Source: Octopus vulgaris (Eukaryota). Taken from it: a stretch of 64,000 nucleotides of DNA. The notes below the pieces were generated by a model. That model worked only from the letters and a program-made list of their open reading frames with translations, was not told the DNA's origin and did not search any database. Shown here one piece after another: positions 13,350-26,385 of this stretch. Within the stretch, counting starts at the first letter, position 1; every line of letters begins with the position of its first letter. The translations under genes and the position numbers were made by a program. The stretch covers positions 140,802,001-140,866,000 of the forward strand of contig OX597818.1 in NCBI GenBank assembly GCA_951406725.2. Direction: 5' to 3'.

Positions 13350-13498
13350 TAGTGTACAAGTGGCTGAGCACTCCACAGACACGTTTACCCTTAGCGTAGT
13401 TCTCAGGGAAATTCAGCGTGACACGGGGTGTGACAAGGCTGGCCCTTTGAAATACAGGTACAACAGAAATAGGAAAAAGAGTGAGAGAAAGTTGTGGA
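13350..13498 (-). mobile_element. SINE family C internal fragment
   Basis: Reverse complement matches 37125-37270. Confidence 0.8.
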
Positions 13499-13887
13499 GC
13501 AATATATATATACTACACACATATAAATTCATAAAATGCTTGTATGCGTGTTTCTGTGTTTGGCATATGCTTGACAAATAATCATATATATATATATATT
13601 ATGCACATCTGTTTCAATATTTTTGCAAAAAAACATATAAAAATTATATAGATATATTCTGGGAAACATTCAACTACATAGAAAGAGCTGTATAAATATA
13701 TATTTTTACATAAATATCTGTGTTCCTGTGTAAATCCGATTGGCAAATTAATAGGCCAAGATATCAGAAGTGGGGTAGAAATCCTTGCTAACTATACCCC
13801 GGGTTCAAATACACTCGAGGCCACTTGTAGCATCCATAAATACACAAAAGAATATAAGTGACCTGCTCATGTATTTCTGTCTCTCTC

Positions 13888-13942
<55 letters not shown>

Positions 13943-14129
13943 TTCCGCTTAGCTTGGGAACTCACCTACGCTGCATCGGGAAAACTAGTCATGAACAACC
14001 ATTCACAGTGTCACCTCTTGCACATGAAATCGTGAATTCGTATATGCTAATAGTAAACTAGAACCATCTAATCATCCTCCTCCTCCTCCTCATCATCATC
14101 ATCATCATCTGGTCTCTAGTCTGTTCAAT

Positions 14130-15100
14130 CTAACATTGCACGAGATAGGTCTTCTCCGAGTTGCTTTATGTATGTTTGATATGGTCTACTAACATTTACA
14201 TACCAATACTTCAATTTCCAATGTCATTTTGCGATGTATGGTCTGGCGTTGTCTTGCAATAAAATAGGAGTGAATCTCTTGACTAATCTAGACTGTTTTT
14301 GGTAAGTTTCTGCATCATTTGATCCAGTTGGCAGCAGTATACCTCGGCCGTGATTGATGAACCAGCTTTAATGAAGTCATAGTGGATCACACCTTCGCCA
14401 GACCACCAACCACGCACCATCAGCTTCACTTGATGAATTTTGCATTTGGATAGTATTTTCGTGGCTCGTCTTTGTCCAACCGTTGAGCTCTACGTTTACG
14501 GTTGTTGTATTTGATCCATTTCACATCACGTTACAAATCGATTCAAAAATAGTTCATTTTTGAGACAAGAAAGTAGCATAATGCAGGCTTCCAAACTTCG
14601 TTGTTTCTGATTTTCTTTGACTTCAAGTGGAACACACTTATCCAAATTTATCACTTTACCGATTTGAACTAGATGAGTCAATATTGTTTGCTTCCTAACA
14701 CTAAAGAACAACGCTAATTCACGGGCACTTTGAGATCGATCTGACTCGACCATGGCATTCAGTTCGTCATTATCGACCTTTGTTTCTGGTCGACCGCGTT
14801 GCTCATTTATGAGATCAAAGTTACTAGAACGAAATTTTGCAAACAAATTTGATACTATCTGGTGGGTAACAACATTGGATGAAATTTTACATTAATATTC
14901 CGAGCTGTCTATGATGCTGTATTTCCAAGAAGGAACTCATACTTCAAAACTGAGCGAATTTTCCGATTTATCCATCTCTAAACAAAAATAGCAAAACACG
15001 ATTTATAAATACTTTATAAAACGCAAAATGAGCAGCTGTCAAAGTTTGCTATATACCTTGCTACAAATTTCATACTTGACGACTTAATATTATCAAGAGG
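14130..15100 (-). mobile_element. Degraded mariner transposon
   Basis: ORF 14526-14846: FAKFRSSNFDL...RGRPETKVDNDEL...LDKCVPLEV (WVPHEL-like)...FLNRFVT, followed by a DEKWI-like segment. Ends approximate. Confidence 0.85.
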
Positions 15101-15102
15101 GT

Positions 15103-15134
<32 letters not shown>

Positions 15135-15137
15135 TAT

Positions 15138-15595
15138 AAGCTTGCTAGCTTGCATACCAACAAAATGGGTCCATGTTCAGTCCCACTGCGTGGCACATTG
15201 AGCAAGTGTCTTCTACTATAGCCTCGGGCCGACCAAACCCTTGTGAGTGGATTTCGCAACGGAAACAGAAAGTAGCCTGTCGTATATATACATATATGTA
15301 TGTGTGTGTGTGTGAGTGTGTGTGTGTGAGTGTGTGTGTATGTGTGTGTGTGTGTGTGTGTGTGCGTGTGTGTGTGTGTGCTAGTGTGTCTGTTGTATTT
15401 GCACGTTCACCATCTCCTGACAACCGCTGTTGGTGCGTTTACGTCCTCGTGACTTAGCGGTTCGGAAAGAGAGAACGACAGAATAAGTAGTAGGCTTACA
15501 AAGAATAAGTCCTGTGTTCAATTTGATCGACTAGAAGGCAGTGCTCCAGATTGGCCACAGTCAAATGACTGAAACAAATAAAAGAATAAAAGAAT
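15138..15595 (+). mobile_element. SINE family A (CORE-like), 5'-eroded
   Basis: Colinear with 38190-38575, including the internal (TA)/(TG) tract and the AATAAAAG tail. Confidence 0.9.
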
Positions 15596-15645
15596 ATATA
15601 TATGTGATTTACATTTGACGGATATTTGTCCTCATCGTTTTTGTT

Positions 15646-15691
15646 GTTAACATGTTTCGGCTGATATACCCTCCAGCTTTCATCAGGTGTC
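15646..15691 (-). ncRNA. Type I hammerhead motif (helix I broken in this copy)
   Basis: GACAC-CTGATGA-AAGCTG-gagggtatat-CAGCC-GAAAC-ATGTT. The core and helix II (GCTG/CAGC) are present; the 3' strand of helix I is not complementary. Confidence 0.65.
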
Positions 15692-15777
15692 TTGGGGAAA
15701 TTTCGAACCTGGGTTCCCATTCCTAAGGTATTTTTCGATGTTATTAGTATCAGTATTATTATTATTATTATTATTAT

Positions 15778-16370
15778 TCAGTAGTTTTATTTTTATTTTT
15801 ATAGCGTGCTTTCACTTCACTACCGAGCGCAGCTCTGTGTGCCTTGGGTATGTGCTGTGATTTGTTGTGATGCTCTGATGGTTATTGTATGGAAAGTGTT
15901 CTGCGTAGGATGTGGGCAGTGCCTAGTAGTGCAATTTTCTGTATGTTATATGTGTTTGTAAGTCCTGGTGTTTTTGTTATGTATTTGTCTGAATATTTTT
16001 TTATCATGCCTAATGCACCTACTATGATAGGAATTGTTTCTGTTTTCAGATTCCACATTCTAGTTACCTCTATTTCCAGGTCTTTGTATTTTGAGAGTTT
16101 CTCCATTTCTTTTAGAGACACGTTGTCATCTGCCGGTATTGATACATCAATTAAAAAGCATTTTTTTCTTCATGATCTCTGACAACTATATCTGGTCTGT
16201 TGGCCTTAATTTCTCTATCTGTGTGTATCGGCATATCCCAGAGTATGGTTGCTTTCTCGTTTTCTGTGACCTTTTCTGGTGTGTGCCTATACCATCTTTT
16301 TTCTGTTGTTATTCCATAATGTTGGCATAGCTTCCAATGTATGTAGGTTCCAACTCTGTCATGTCTGTGA
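15778..16370 (-). mobile_element. R4/Dong-clade LINE 3' end (restriction-like endonuclease), copy 1
   Basis: RHDRV...ILWDMPIHTDREIKANRPDIVV...KYKDLEIEVTRMW...PIIVGALG...AHILRRTL, an RLE PD-(D/E)xK domain. Flanked by (TAA)n on both sides. Confidence 0.92.
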
Positions 16371-16423
<53 letters not shown>

Positions 16424-17005
16424 CATTCAGTAGTTTTATTTTTATAGCGTGCTTTCACTTCACTACCGAGCGCAGCTCTGTGTGCCTTGGGTATGTGCTG
16501 TGATTTGTTGTGGTGCTCTGATGGTTATTGTATGGAAAGTGTTCTGCGTAGGATGTGTGCAGTGCCTAGTAGTGCAATTTTCTGTATGTTATATGTGTTT
16601 GTAAGTCCTGGTGTTTTTGTTATGTATTTGTCTGAATATTTTTTATCATGCCTAATGCACCTACTATGATAAGAATTGTTTCTGTTTTCAGATTCCACAT
16701 TCTAGTTACCTCTATTTCCAGGTCTTTGTATTTTGAGAGTTTCTCCATTTCTTTTAGAGACACGTTGTCATCTGCCGGTATTGATACATCAATTAGAAAG
16801 CATTTTTTTCTTCATGATCTCTGACAACTATATCTGGTCTGTTGGCCTTAATTTCTCTATCTGTGTGTATCGGCATATCCCAGAGTGTGGTTGCTTTCTC
16901 GTTTTCTGTGACCTTTTCTGGTGTGTGCCTATACCATCTTTTTTCTGTTGTTATTCCATAATGTAGGCATAGCTTCCAATGTATGTAGGTTCCAACTCTG
17001 TCTTC
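16424..17005 (-). mobile_element. R4/Dong-clade LINE 3' end, copy 2
   Basis: Near-identical to 15778-16370 and flanked by (TAA)n. Confidence 0.92.
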
Positions 17006-17085
<80 letters not shown>

Positions 17086-17454
17086 CGGTCACTGCCTGGA
17101 ATCGAACACGGAATCTTGGGGTTAGTAGCCCGTGCTGTTAATCACTACGCCATGTGCCCATCCACCACTCCCATCCAGCATAAGGCAACATTTGTGGAAG
17201 TACTTCTGGGTTATTGCCCTTTCTCAGCACAGGATAGCTGCTTTGGCTACTCGGGCTGCTGAATTCCCTTTCGAAAAGGGACACACAATAACCACATTCT
17301 TGTATTCCAGTTGATCTGATCAACGGAACAGTTTTCTTGTGAAATTAACATGCAAATCGCCGAGCATTCCACAAACAAGCCCACCGTGAACGTAGTTCAG
17401 CGTGACACAGAGCGTGACAAAGCTGAGATACACGTACCAATCATACTTATATTT

Positions 17455-17592
17455 TCATTTTTTTCCAGTTGATGGAGTGTAACAATGTGAAACAAAGTGT
17501 CTTGCCCAAGCACAGAACACACCGCTGAGTATCGAACTCGCGAACTTACGATCGATAATCGAACACTCCTATCCACTAAGACATGCGCCTTC
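17455..17592 (-). mobile_element. tRNA-derived SINE head
   Basis: Minus strand GAAGGCGCATGTCTTAGTGG...GAGTTCGATACTC...CTTGGGCAAGACACT, related to the head at 19288. Confidence 0.65.
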
Positions 17593-17629
17593 AGCAATTC
17601 ACACACACACACACACATATATCAGTATG

Positions 17630-17680
<51 letters not shown>

Positions 17681-18005
17681 CAATAAACACAAATATAACG
17701 TAACAAGCTGTTATAAACGTGAATTGAATTCTTTATTGATGTTTGCTTTTTACTTTCGAGTAAACAAACACACACTGACATAGACACACATTGACACAGA
17801 CACGCACGCGCACACACATAAATAAATGCATGTTCAATGTTTACACATCAGTTTAAATATATATAAACTTCCCTAGCAAAAATATAAACAGAAGCTAAAT
17901 ATATTATATATGCAAATGTGTGTGCTTATATATGTATGTGCGCGTTTGTATGTTTATCTGTGTTAATGTAAATTTACAACCATATATATTTATATATATA
18001 TATAT

Positions 18006-18049
<44 letters not shown>

Positions 18050-18058
18050 ATAGATTTA

Positions 18059-18102
<44 letters not shown>

Positions 18103-18122
18103 CATACATACATACATACATG

Positions 18123-18212
<90 letters not shown>

Positions 18213-18618
18213 GAGAGAGAGAGAGATACGTAGATGTATATGAACGTATATATGTTTAAACATACATGCATACGTATGTGTACTTGCGTAGATGTTCAAT
18301 CGTACAGACATCATGTATGCGATATATTCAATCGATGTTATTGCTTTAGAAATCTGTTGCTTAAACCAACAGCGATGCGTAACTAATTGGTCTGCCGACG
18401 ACATCAAAGAAACATCCAAAGACGAGTTCCGCGGTGAAAGATTCACCAATTATCATCTTCCTCATCCTTTTAAATGTCAGCTGGAAGCGTAGTAGTTAGA
18501 GGAGAGGGGACAGAGAAGATGGGGAAAAGAGTGGACAGGTGGGAAGAGTTCACAAGAACAACAGGGAAGCAACGTCGATGATATCTATAACATTTGTTTT
18601 GTATTCGTGGTATTGTTC

Positions 18619-18709
<91 letters not shown>

Positions 18710-18735
18710 GGGTGGGGGCGGGGTGGTAGTGGTAT

Positions 18736-18775
<40 letters not shown>

Positions 18776-19287
18776 GGTGGTGGTGGTGGTGGTTGTGATG
18801 ATGGTGGTGGTGGTGGCATTTGTTGTAGTGCGGGTGTTAATGGTAGTGCTTGTTAATAGCGACGTTGGTGGTTATCGTTGTTGCTCGTAGAAGTGGTGGT
18901 GGTGGTGGTCTTCAGGTCAGAGGTGTGTGCGTGGTGATGAGGTTTTTACTAATAGTGATGTTAGTGGTGATGGTACTGATCGTGGTGGTGATGGAGATAG
19001 TGATGTTGATGGCGGTGGTGGTGATGGCGGTTCTCGTCGTCGTCGTCGTTGACGTGGGGCTGGTGATGTTGTTAGTGGTTGTTATAGTCACAGCGGAGTT
19101 GCTCCTAACGGTGGTGGTAGGAAAGGTAATTGTATAGTAAGTGTTACTGTATGCCGTGGTGTAGGTCGTAGTAGTGGTTGTAGTGGTGATGGTGGTGGTG
19201 GTGGTTATAGTACTGGTTGTTGTTGCTGTTGTGGTAGTGATGATTCTAGTGGCGGGAAAGGTTTTAGGTTTTGTAACAGCAACGGTG

Positions 19288-19570
19288 TGGAAGCGCGTGG
19301 CTTAGTGGTTAGGGTGTTGCATCAATGATCTCAACGTTATGGTTTCCATTCCTGACCGAGTAATGCATTTTTTTCTTGAGTAAAACATATCGATTTCACG
19401 ATGATCCAGGCAATTCAGGTGGCAACAATGAAAAAAAGACCCAAAATTCACCCTGCGACGGACTTGCGTCTTATCTAAGTTGAGGTGGCAGGGTGGGGCT
19501 ACTTGGGTTTCATGCATACCCCACAGAACCTAGGAAACGGGCCTTATGAGCCTATGCCAGAGGAAGAATT
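19288..19570 (+). mobile_element. tRNA-derived SINE with V-domain-like segment
   Basis: A box GTGGCTTAGTGG and the segment CCCTGCGACGGACTTGCGTC...GGGTGGGG. Confidence 0.6.
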
Positions 19571-19936
19571 TTTCAGCCCTTAACTTGTTTTTCTTATTAT
19601 TTTCTTCAAAAGCAATGATGTAGATGATGATACTTATTGCAGTATTGCCGGTCAATCTGGTGCCGGTTTTGGTGGTGGTATTGGTGGTAGTGTTGGTGGT
19701 GATGGTAGTGGTGGGCGTCGCCCTCGTCCTCGCCATCGTTTCCATGACGACAGTTGCGTTTCTCCTGATGGTATTGTTGGTGATTTGCAGTGGTACGTGA
19801 GGTATGCTCAGGTATTTGTGTTGGTGACACTGAGAGTAGTAATGCTTATGGCGGTGGCGATGCTGATGCTGTTGACAGTGATGGTGGCGGCAGCGGCGGT
19901 GGAGTTGATGTTGGTGGTATTGGTGGTGAGCTGGCA

Positions 19937-20174
19937 AAGGCGGCGAGCTGGCAGAAACGTTAGCACGCCGGGCGAAATGCTAAGCGGTATTTCGTCTGCG
20001 TTACGTTGTGAGTTCAAATTCCGCCGAGATCAACTTTGCCTTTCATCCTTTCGGGGTCGATAAATTAAGTACCAGTTACGCACTGGGGTCGATGTAATCG
20101 ATTTAATACCTATGTCTCCACGTGTTTGTCCCCTCTGTAATTAGCCCCTTGTGGGTAATAAAGAAATAGGTATT
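19937..20174 (+). mobile_element. SINE family B monomer
   Basis: AAGGCGGCGAGCTGGCAG...GAGTTCAAATTCC...GAAATAGGTATT. Confidence 0.92.
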
Positions 20175-20504
20175 GGTGGTGATGGTGGTGTCGGCGGTGG
20201 TGGCACCGGATGAGGACACACCGGCCGTGGCTGTGATGGTTTTGGTGGCGGTATTGGCGGTGGTGGTTGTGGTACTACAGGTGCTGCTATTTATGGTAGT
20301 GGTGGCGATTTTAATGGAGGCACTTTGTTTCGGAGTAGTACAGGTGATAATTTTGTGGGAGTAATTATTGGTGGCGTTAGAGCTGGTAGCGGTTGTAGCA
20401 GTAGCAGAATTTGTACTGCAGATAGTAGTGATGATGGTGTGGTGGTGGTGGTGGTGGTGGTGTTTGTACATAGTAGTTGTAGTACTTGTGGTTGTGGGTG
20501 ATAG

Positions 20505-20572
20505 ATGTATTGCCCTAATGTATTGCCCTAATGTATTGCCCTAATGTATTGCCCTAATGTATTGCCTTAATG
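20505..20572. repeat. 13-bp minisatellite (ATGTATTGCCCTA) x5
   Basis: Read directly. Confidence 0.95.
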
Positions 20573-21973
20573 ATACAACTATTTGTAATAATGGTGTTCT
20601 CACTGTTGTGTTCTTGCTTTTGATGTTTAGCCCCGAGTCAGTCACGAACGAGAAGACCTATGATTAAAGCCAACAGTCCTTAATCATCGTATCTTATTTT
20701 AAGACACTGCGTATCTCGCACAACGGCATCCAATGCGTCGTCCTGGCATGAGGTAGATATAACTACTATTTCTAATATGCGTTGCCACTATAAAAGATGC
20801 CGCTAAGAATACCGCTTTAGTTCTTCTTCTTCTTCTTCTTCTTCTTCTTCTTCTTCTTCTTCTTCTTCTTCTTCTTCTTCTTCTCCTCCTTCTCCTTCTC
20901 CTTCTTCTCTATTTCTTCCTCCTCCTCCTCCTCCTTCTTGTGCTTTATCTCAAGGTCACTTGTGGCTGAGAAGACCTGACAACAAATATATTCCATCGGT
21001 GCCTCCCCCACTCCATTTACTATAAACCATAATGCTGATGATGGTAACTCTGGAGAATGTCATGATGGTGGTGGTGGTGGTGGTGGTGGTGGAGGTGTTG
21101 GTCGTTTTGGGATTTAAATCGTGCAATTGTCCTTAGCTGTGTGAAGAGAAAACAAATGGAAAGGTAAATATGATTATCTTCTGTGTAATACCTGTCCGCC
21201 AGGGGACAACACCTGTTTGAAAATAGATTGAAGGAGCGGAGAATGCGGGTAGCTGCGGTGAGATTTGTTGATAGAAGAGGTAAGGAGTTGAATGTGCTGG
21301 AATGGGAAGGAGAAGGGAGATAAGATCTTGCGAAAGAAGTTGTGGTGGCGGTGGTGGTTGTGGCGGCGGCGGTGGTGGTGGTGGTGGTGGTGGTGGTGGT
21401 GGTGGTGGTGGTGATGGTGTTGGTGGTGGTGGTGGAAAAGTAAGACAAAGAGAATTAGGAGAAAAGAAAAATACAGAAGAAAAGGAGGAGGAAGAAGAAG
21501 AAGAAGAAGAAGAAGAAGAAGAAGAAGGAGGAGGAGGAGGAGGAGGAGGAGGAGGAAAAGGGGCGAATGGGTAGAGGAGTAGTGGATGCCTACATAAGAG
21601 TGGTTGATGTAGGGTGAACTGTTTTTGATTGGGAGATAGCAAGACCAGGAAATAGAAAGTGAATAACAAAATTCACCGAAAGCAAAAATCGAAACAAAAG
21701 GAATTAGAAAGAGATAAATGAAAGAAAATTACATGAAAGACAAAGTTGAGAGAAAATGAAAGATGAAACAATTTTCAGACAATAATCTTGGAGTGTCCTG
21801 GGGCAGTGGGGGGGGGGCAGGGTTAGAGAGACAGTGACAGAAAGAGATAATGTATGTGGACGAAGAGAAAAACAACCTCTTGGAGGTAACATGTGGCCAT
21901 TTGTGCGTATTTACACACAGACGCTTGTACGTGCGCATACTTTTACATACATGCAAGTATCTATATATGTGTA

Positions 21974-22008
<35 letters not shown>

Positions 22009-22140
22009 TTTGAAACACGCGCACACACAAACACATGTACAAACACACACACACACATATATATGTATACACACATAGATATACATATATATACATAATT
22101 CATAAATATATATACATATGTATACACATATATATATATA

Positions 22141-22189
<49 letters not shown>

Positions 22190-22305
22190 CCATACATAAA
22201 GTGACATATATTTTACATCTATATGCACATATGTATATGCATATATACATATATTTATATATACACACATATATACATACATATGTATGTATGTATATGT
22301 ATATA

Positions 22306-22336
<31 letters not shown>

Positions 22337-22609
22337 CGCTGTATGTGTGAGCGTGTTTTTGCATGCGCATAGGTGGCTTACGTACGGGGTAGGGTTAATA
22401 CATACATTTACAAGGGATTCTAAGTGATGTGTGCGCACATTTGCAGTTTTTGGCATATACGACTGATTACACACACATAACAGAAGTAAATAGACACCCT
22501 TATAATCATTAACATGAATTTTAATCTGAAATTATACATTCAAATTATTTACTACTCGTTATAATGCGAACATTCAATATCTAATAGATATGCCCTTTGC
22601 ATTTTTCAA

Positions 22610-23545
22610 TTTCATGACATTGAAAGTATTGTAATTTCGTATTGTCTTCAGAAAATTTTAGTCCATGTTCTTGAAAGGAAATTTCTGAATGAACCAACAA
22701 GTAGAAAAATCTAAGGGGAGATAATTGGTAATCATTATTTGATTTAAAGTATTGATTTAAATTCCAAAAGTTTATTCATGGTCTCATTCCAAAAGATAAA
22801 GCATTCATCCAGATATCTTTTCCAGTTCTCTCTTATATAATGGTGAAATGGATATGCATATTTTTGCAGTGACACTTCATATATGGCGAATTCAAAATGA
22901 ATGTCCCATTATTACGAAAGAACAGGGGCTGTTATCATTCCCATCGCAATTCTGCATTTTTGACGTTAGTAGGTGTCATCAAATAGGAAATAATTGTTCT
23001 GAAATATAAATTTTAAAGTTTAATTAAAAACCTGGGTTTTTAGTTCAGAAAGTTTTCGGGGTACTTTCCCAACCAGAATTGTATTGCTTCTGTTCCATAC
23101 TCATGTGCGATATTGGTGTAAAGGTTAATAACATTAAAGGAAACCAATGAGGTCTGTTCATCAGTTGTTTTTGGTAGGTGCACCTACCAATTTCTGTACA
23201 AGATCGCTTAAATAAAGAAAATTTATTTATCGAAAATCACAGAACATGCTTAAATATGAACGCATAAACAACTTCGGTCTCAGTACATATTTTATCAATA
23301 TATATTTTATCAGTGTACATATTTCATCTCATTTCATTGGTTGTTGAGATTTTGTATATGTATTTGTATTCCCCCACCAAAAAAAGAAAATGAGCAATAA
23401 CCTTCCCTGTCCGGAATAATAACGATCATCAATTACCTCCCATTGAAATTTTTGACTTGTTGATTTATTCACAAACTTCCTTCCAAGGACATGGATTAAA
23501 ATCTTAAGAAAATACGAAATTACAATATTTTCTATCTCATGATTA
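22610..23545. mobile_element. Old non-autonomous DNA element with ~130-bp degenerate TIRs
   Basis: 22610-22740 aligns to the reverse complement of 23415-23545 (ATATTGTAATTTCGTATT...TCCATGT.CTTG.AAGGAA...CAACAAGT). Confidence 0.7.
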
Positions 23546-23659
23546 GCGAAAGCGAAACCGGTCGACAAACACAATTTTCTTTCACTAATAAAATATATTA
23601 AAAATATATCAATATCATGTAAAATGTGTGCATTTTCCTTCTTTTGTTATATATATAGC

Positions 23660-23884
23660 CTTCAAATGACGCCACTCCACTGGCTAAGCGAGCAGGCCAA
23701 CAGAAGAAAGAGTGAGAGAAAGTTGCAGCGAAAGAGTACAGCAGGGATCCCCCCCGTGCCGGAGCCTCGTGGAGCTTTAAGTGTTTTCGCTCAATAAACA
23801 CTCACAATGCATGGTCTGGGAATCGAAACCGCGATCCTACAACCGCGAGTCCGCTGCCCTAACCACAGGGCCGTTGAGCCTCCA
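23660..23884 (-). mobile_element. SINE family C (tRNA-Arg-like head)
   Basis: Head matches 36965-37130 (GTGGTTAGGGCAGCGGACTCGCGG...GGTTTCGATTCCCAGACC). Confidence 0.9.
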
Positions 23885-23923
23885 GTATATTATATATTTA
23901 TATATATATATATATAATATAAT

Positions 23924-24000
<77 letters not shown>

Positions 24001-24015
24001 CATATAAGAAGGAAA

Positions 24016-24416
24016 ATGAGCTGTAAGTGGACATTCATTATGCTAGAGGAAGATCCGCTATGGTCTTACCACTAAGAAAGGAATGTTCTCAAGAAAATTT
24101 AGCAGACGCCAGAACGTATGCGAGCAAGACAAATGAAAAGATACAAAAAATAGATTAATCACAAACCAGATTTCGTTGTTAATGCTTATATTTGCAAAGA
24201 CGATCAAACTGATGAGTTGCAGATAATTACGTAAATGATTACGCAATCATTAACGACGAAATCTGGTTTTTGATTAATTTAGTTTTTGCATCTTTTCTTT
24301 TGTCTTGCTCGCTTACGTTCTGTCGTTTGCTAAATTTTCTCGAGAAAATTCCTTTCTTAATGGTAAGACCGTAGCGGATCTTCTTCTAGCATAATAGATG
24401 TCCACTTACAGGTCAT
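24016..24416. mobile_element. Non-coding PLE-type fold-back: 169-bp inverted arms, 63-nt spacer, within (TA)n
   Basis: 24016-24184 is the reverse complement of 24248-24416 with scattered mismatches. An HHR spans the spacer and right arm. Confidence 0.9.
24203..24274 (+). ncRNA. Type I hammerhead ribozyme, intact core
   Basis: ATCAAA-CTGATGA-GTTG...CGAC-GAAA-TCTGGT-T-TTTGAT. Helix I ATCAAA/TTTGAT, helix II GTTG/CGAC (CAAC in the inverted arm), minimal helix III. Confidence 0.8.
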
Positions 24417-24479
24417 ATCACTTATATGTATGTAATATAAGTTTATATATATATATATATATAAATCAAATATTCTACT

Positions 24480-25002
24480 GGATTTTTCAGTTCGTTTAAG
24501 AGCCTTCTAGATCTGATGTAGTGATTTCCGTTTGCTTTTTCTGGCAAATTGACCTTTTCTCATCATATAAGACTTATATCTGATGTCTTCGAGGACAACA
24601 TTTTTGAATGTTCCTTATGACACATGGAGATCCTTTGCAATTGACCTCATGGACTTTCTGTGATTCTAATCAATGGTTTGTTGAACTTGCTGGATAAATT
24701 CAGGTGTTCTGATGATTTCAGGGTTTTCAGAATGCTTTTTGTGTTTTGATACTGGTGATCTTCAGTTTCTACGTCCTTACAAACTTTGTAGACGAAAGAC
24801 CTGGCAACTTTCAAAAATCGAGATATTTCTAAATCGCTATGCTCAACCTTTATAACCACAATAACAGCATGCCTCTTCATTTCTTGAGTAATCTAAGGGC
24901 CTAGCATAAAAATTTAAACTGAAACAAAGATTATACAGAGTTAGCAAAATATACCGCAATGACCCCCAAGAAGGTATGTCCTCAAATACATTACACACCC
25001 TG
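24480..25002 (-). mobile_element. Tc1/mariner (maT-like) 5' fragment
   Basis: TA-CAGGGTG terminus at 25002. MKRHAVIVVIKVEHSDLEISRFLKVARSFV and KSMRSIAKDLHVS*GT...EDIRYKSY HTH motifs. Confidence 0.8.
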
Positions 25003-25050
25003 TATATTTTATACATTATGTGTGTGTATACACACACACACATGCACACC

Positions 25051-25091
<41 letters not shown>

Positions 25092-25561
25092 GCCCTTGTG
25101 TATTTGCGTGTGCCTGTGTACATCCCAAAACACCGAAGGTGTATAGAGATTTTTAGACTGAAAGACATTACCTGGAAAAGCGATGTAAGTAATTATGGAA
25201 AGTAAGGGATATCACGTGTGTAAAAGTCTACAAGTTTTACCTTCAAAAGACTCACATTAACTCAAAAACTCAAGATGATGTAGGAGTGCACAGTGCCTAA
25301 AATGAGAACCTGAAGAAACTGTCCCGTGGAAAAGATAAGAAAAAGAAAAAAAAAAGAAAGACAGAAAGAAAGAAAGGAAGGAAGGAAGAAAGACAGAAAG
25401 AAAAAGAGAATGAAAGGAAGGAAAAAGAAGGAAAGAGAGACGGAAAGAATGAAAGGTGTTGAGTAAATGAATGAAAACTGACGGGAAGGCAGATGAAAGC
25501 ATGAATGAAGATGACCGTGTATGTAAGTATTTATACATACATCTATACATATATCAATATA

Positions 25562-25595
<34 letters not shown>

Positions 25596-25768
25596 TACAT
25601 ATATATACATATATATACATATATATACATATATATACATATATATATACATATATATATACATATATATAAATATACATATATACATAGAGCGATATAT
25701 ATATATATATATATACATACATATATATACATATATACATATATATTAATATACATATATACATAGAG

Positions 25769-25821
<53 letters not shown>

Positions 25822-25916
25822 GTGTATAGTTTGTATACATGTATGTATAGAATAGGAACGGGAGCGACACACACACGCACATACACACATACAGAGAAAC
25901 ACAAAGTCACAATTGT

Positions 25917-25953
<37 letters not shown>

Positions 25954-26342
25954 CATACGTACGTACGTACATGGCGACGACAGTATAATGAAATATCCAA
26001 AGATCAATAATGTGAAAGGCCGCTGTGCAACCTTTTGTTAAAATGCCTCACTGAAGGCCGCATCACAATGATGGTTACCGGTCTTCTTCTGCTACGAAAT
26101 TGAAATAAAAGAGATTTTTTACCTCTGGGGCGGTTACATTCTCCAAAAGAGACTGTTCCACGTCCTTTCAATTTCTTACCTTGCTTCATTTATTTGTTGG
26201 TTTTTTTTTTGGTTTCTTTTACTTTATTTCATTGTACTTGATCACGTTCCACATACACACACACATATACATATATATATACATGTATGTATATATACAT
26301 ATGCGTATAAATATATATTCCTAGTTGTTTTATATATATATG

Positions 26343-26385
<43 letters not shown>

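Larger units (their letters stand above)
15600..17159 (-). mobile_element. tRNA-headed SINE with hammerhead-bearing 3' end, split by Dong-type insertions in its (TAA)n
   Basis: Head 17085-17159 has A box TGGCGTAGTGAT, B box GTTCGATTCC and tRNA-like stems. It is followed by (TAA)n and a body at 15600-15740 with CTGATGA...GAAAC that ends in TA repeats. Confidence 0.7.
18620..21560. repeat. Trinucleotide microsatellite / low-complexity domain (TAG, GGT, TTC, GAA, GGA)
   Basis: Read directly. It explains the poly-V/S/P/T/K ORFs. Confidence 0.95.

Noticed and set aside
17085-17159. Functional tRNA gene (also 36965 and 59205)
   Set aside because: Imperfect cloverleafs fused to repeat bodies; these are SINE heads.
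20505-20572. CRISPR-like or telomeric array
   Set aside because: A spacerless 13-bp tandem repeat in eukaryotic DNA.
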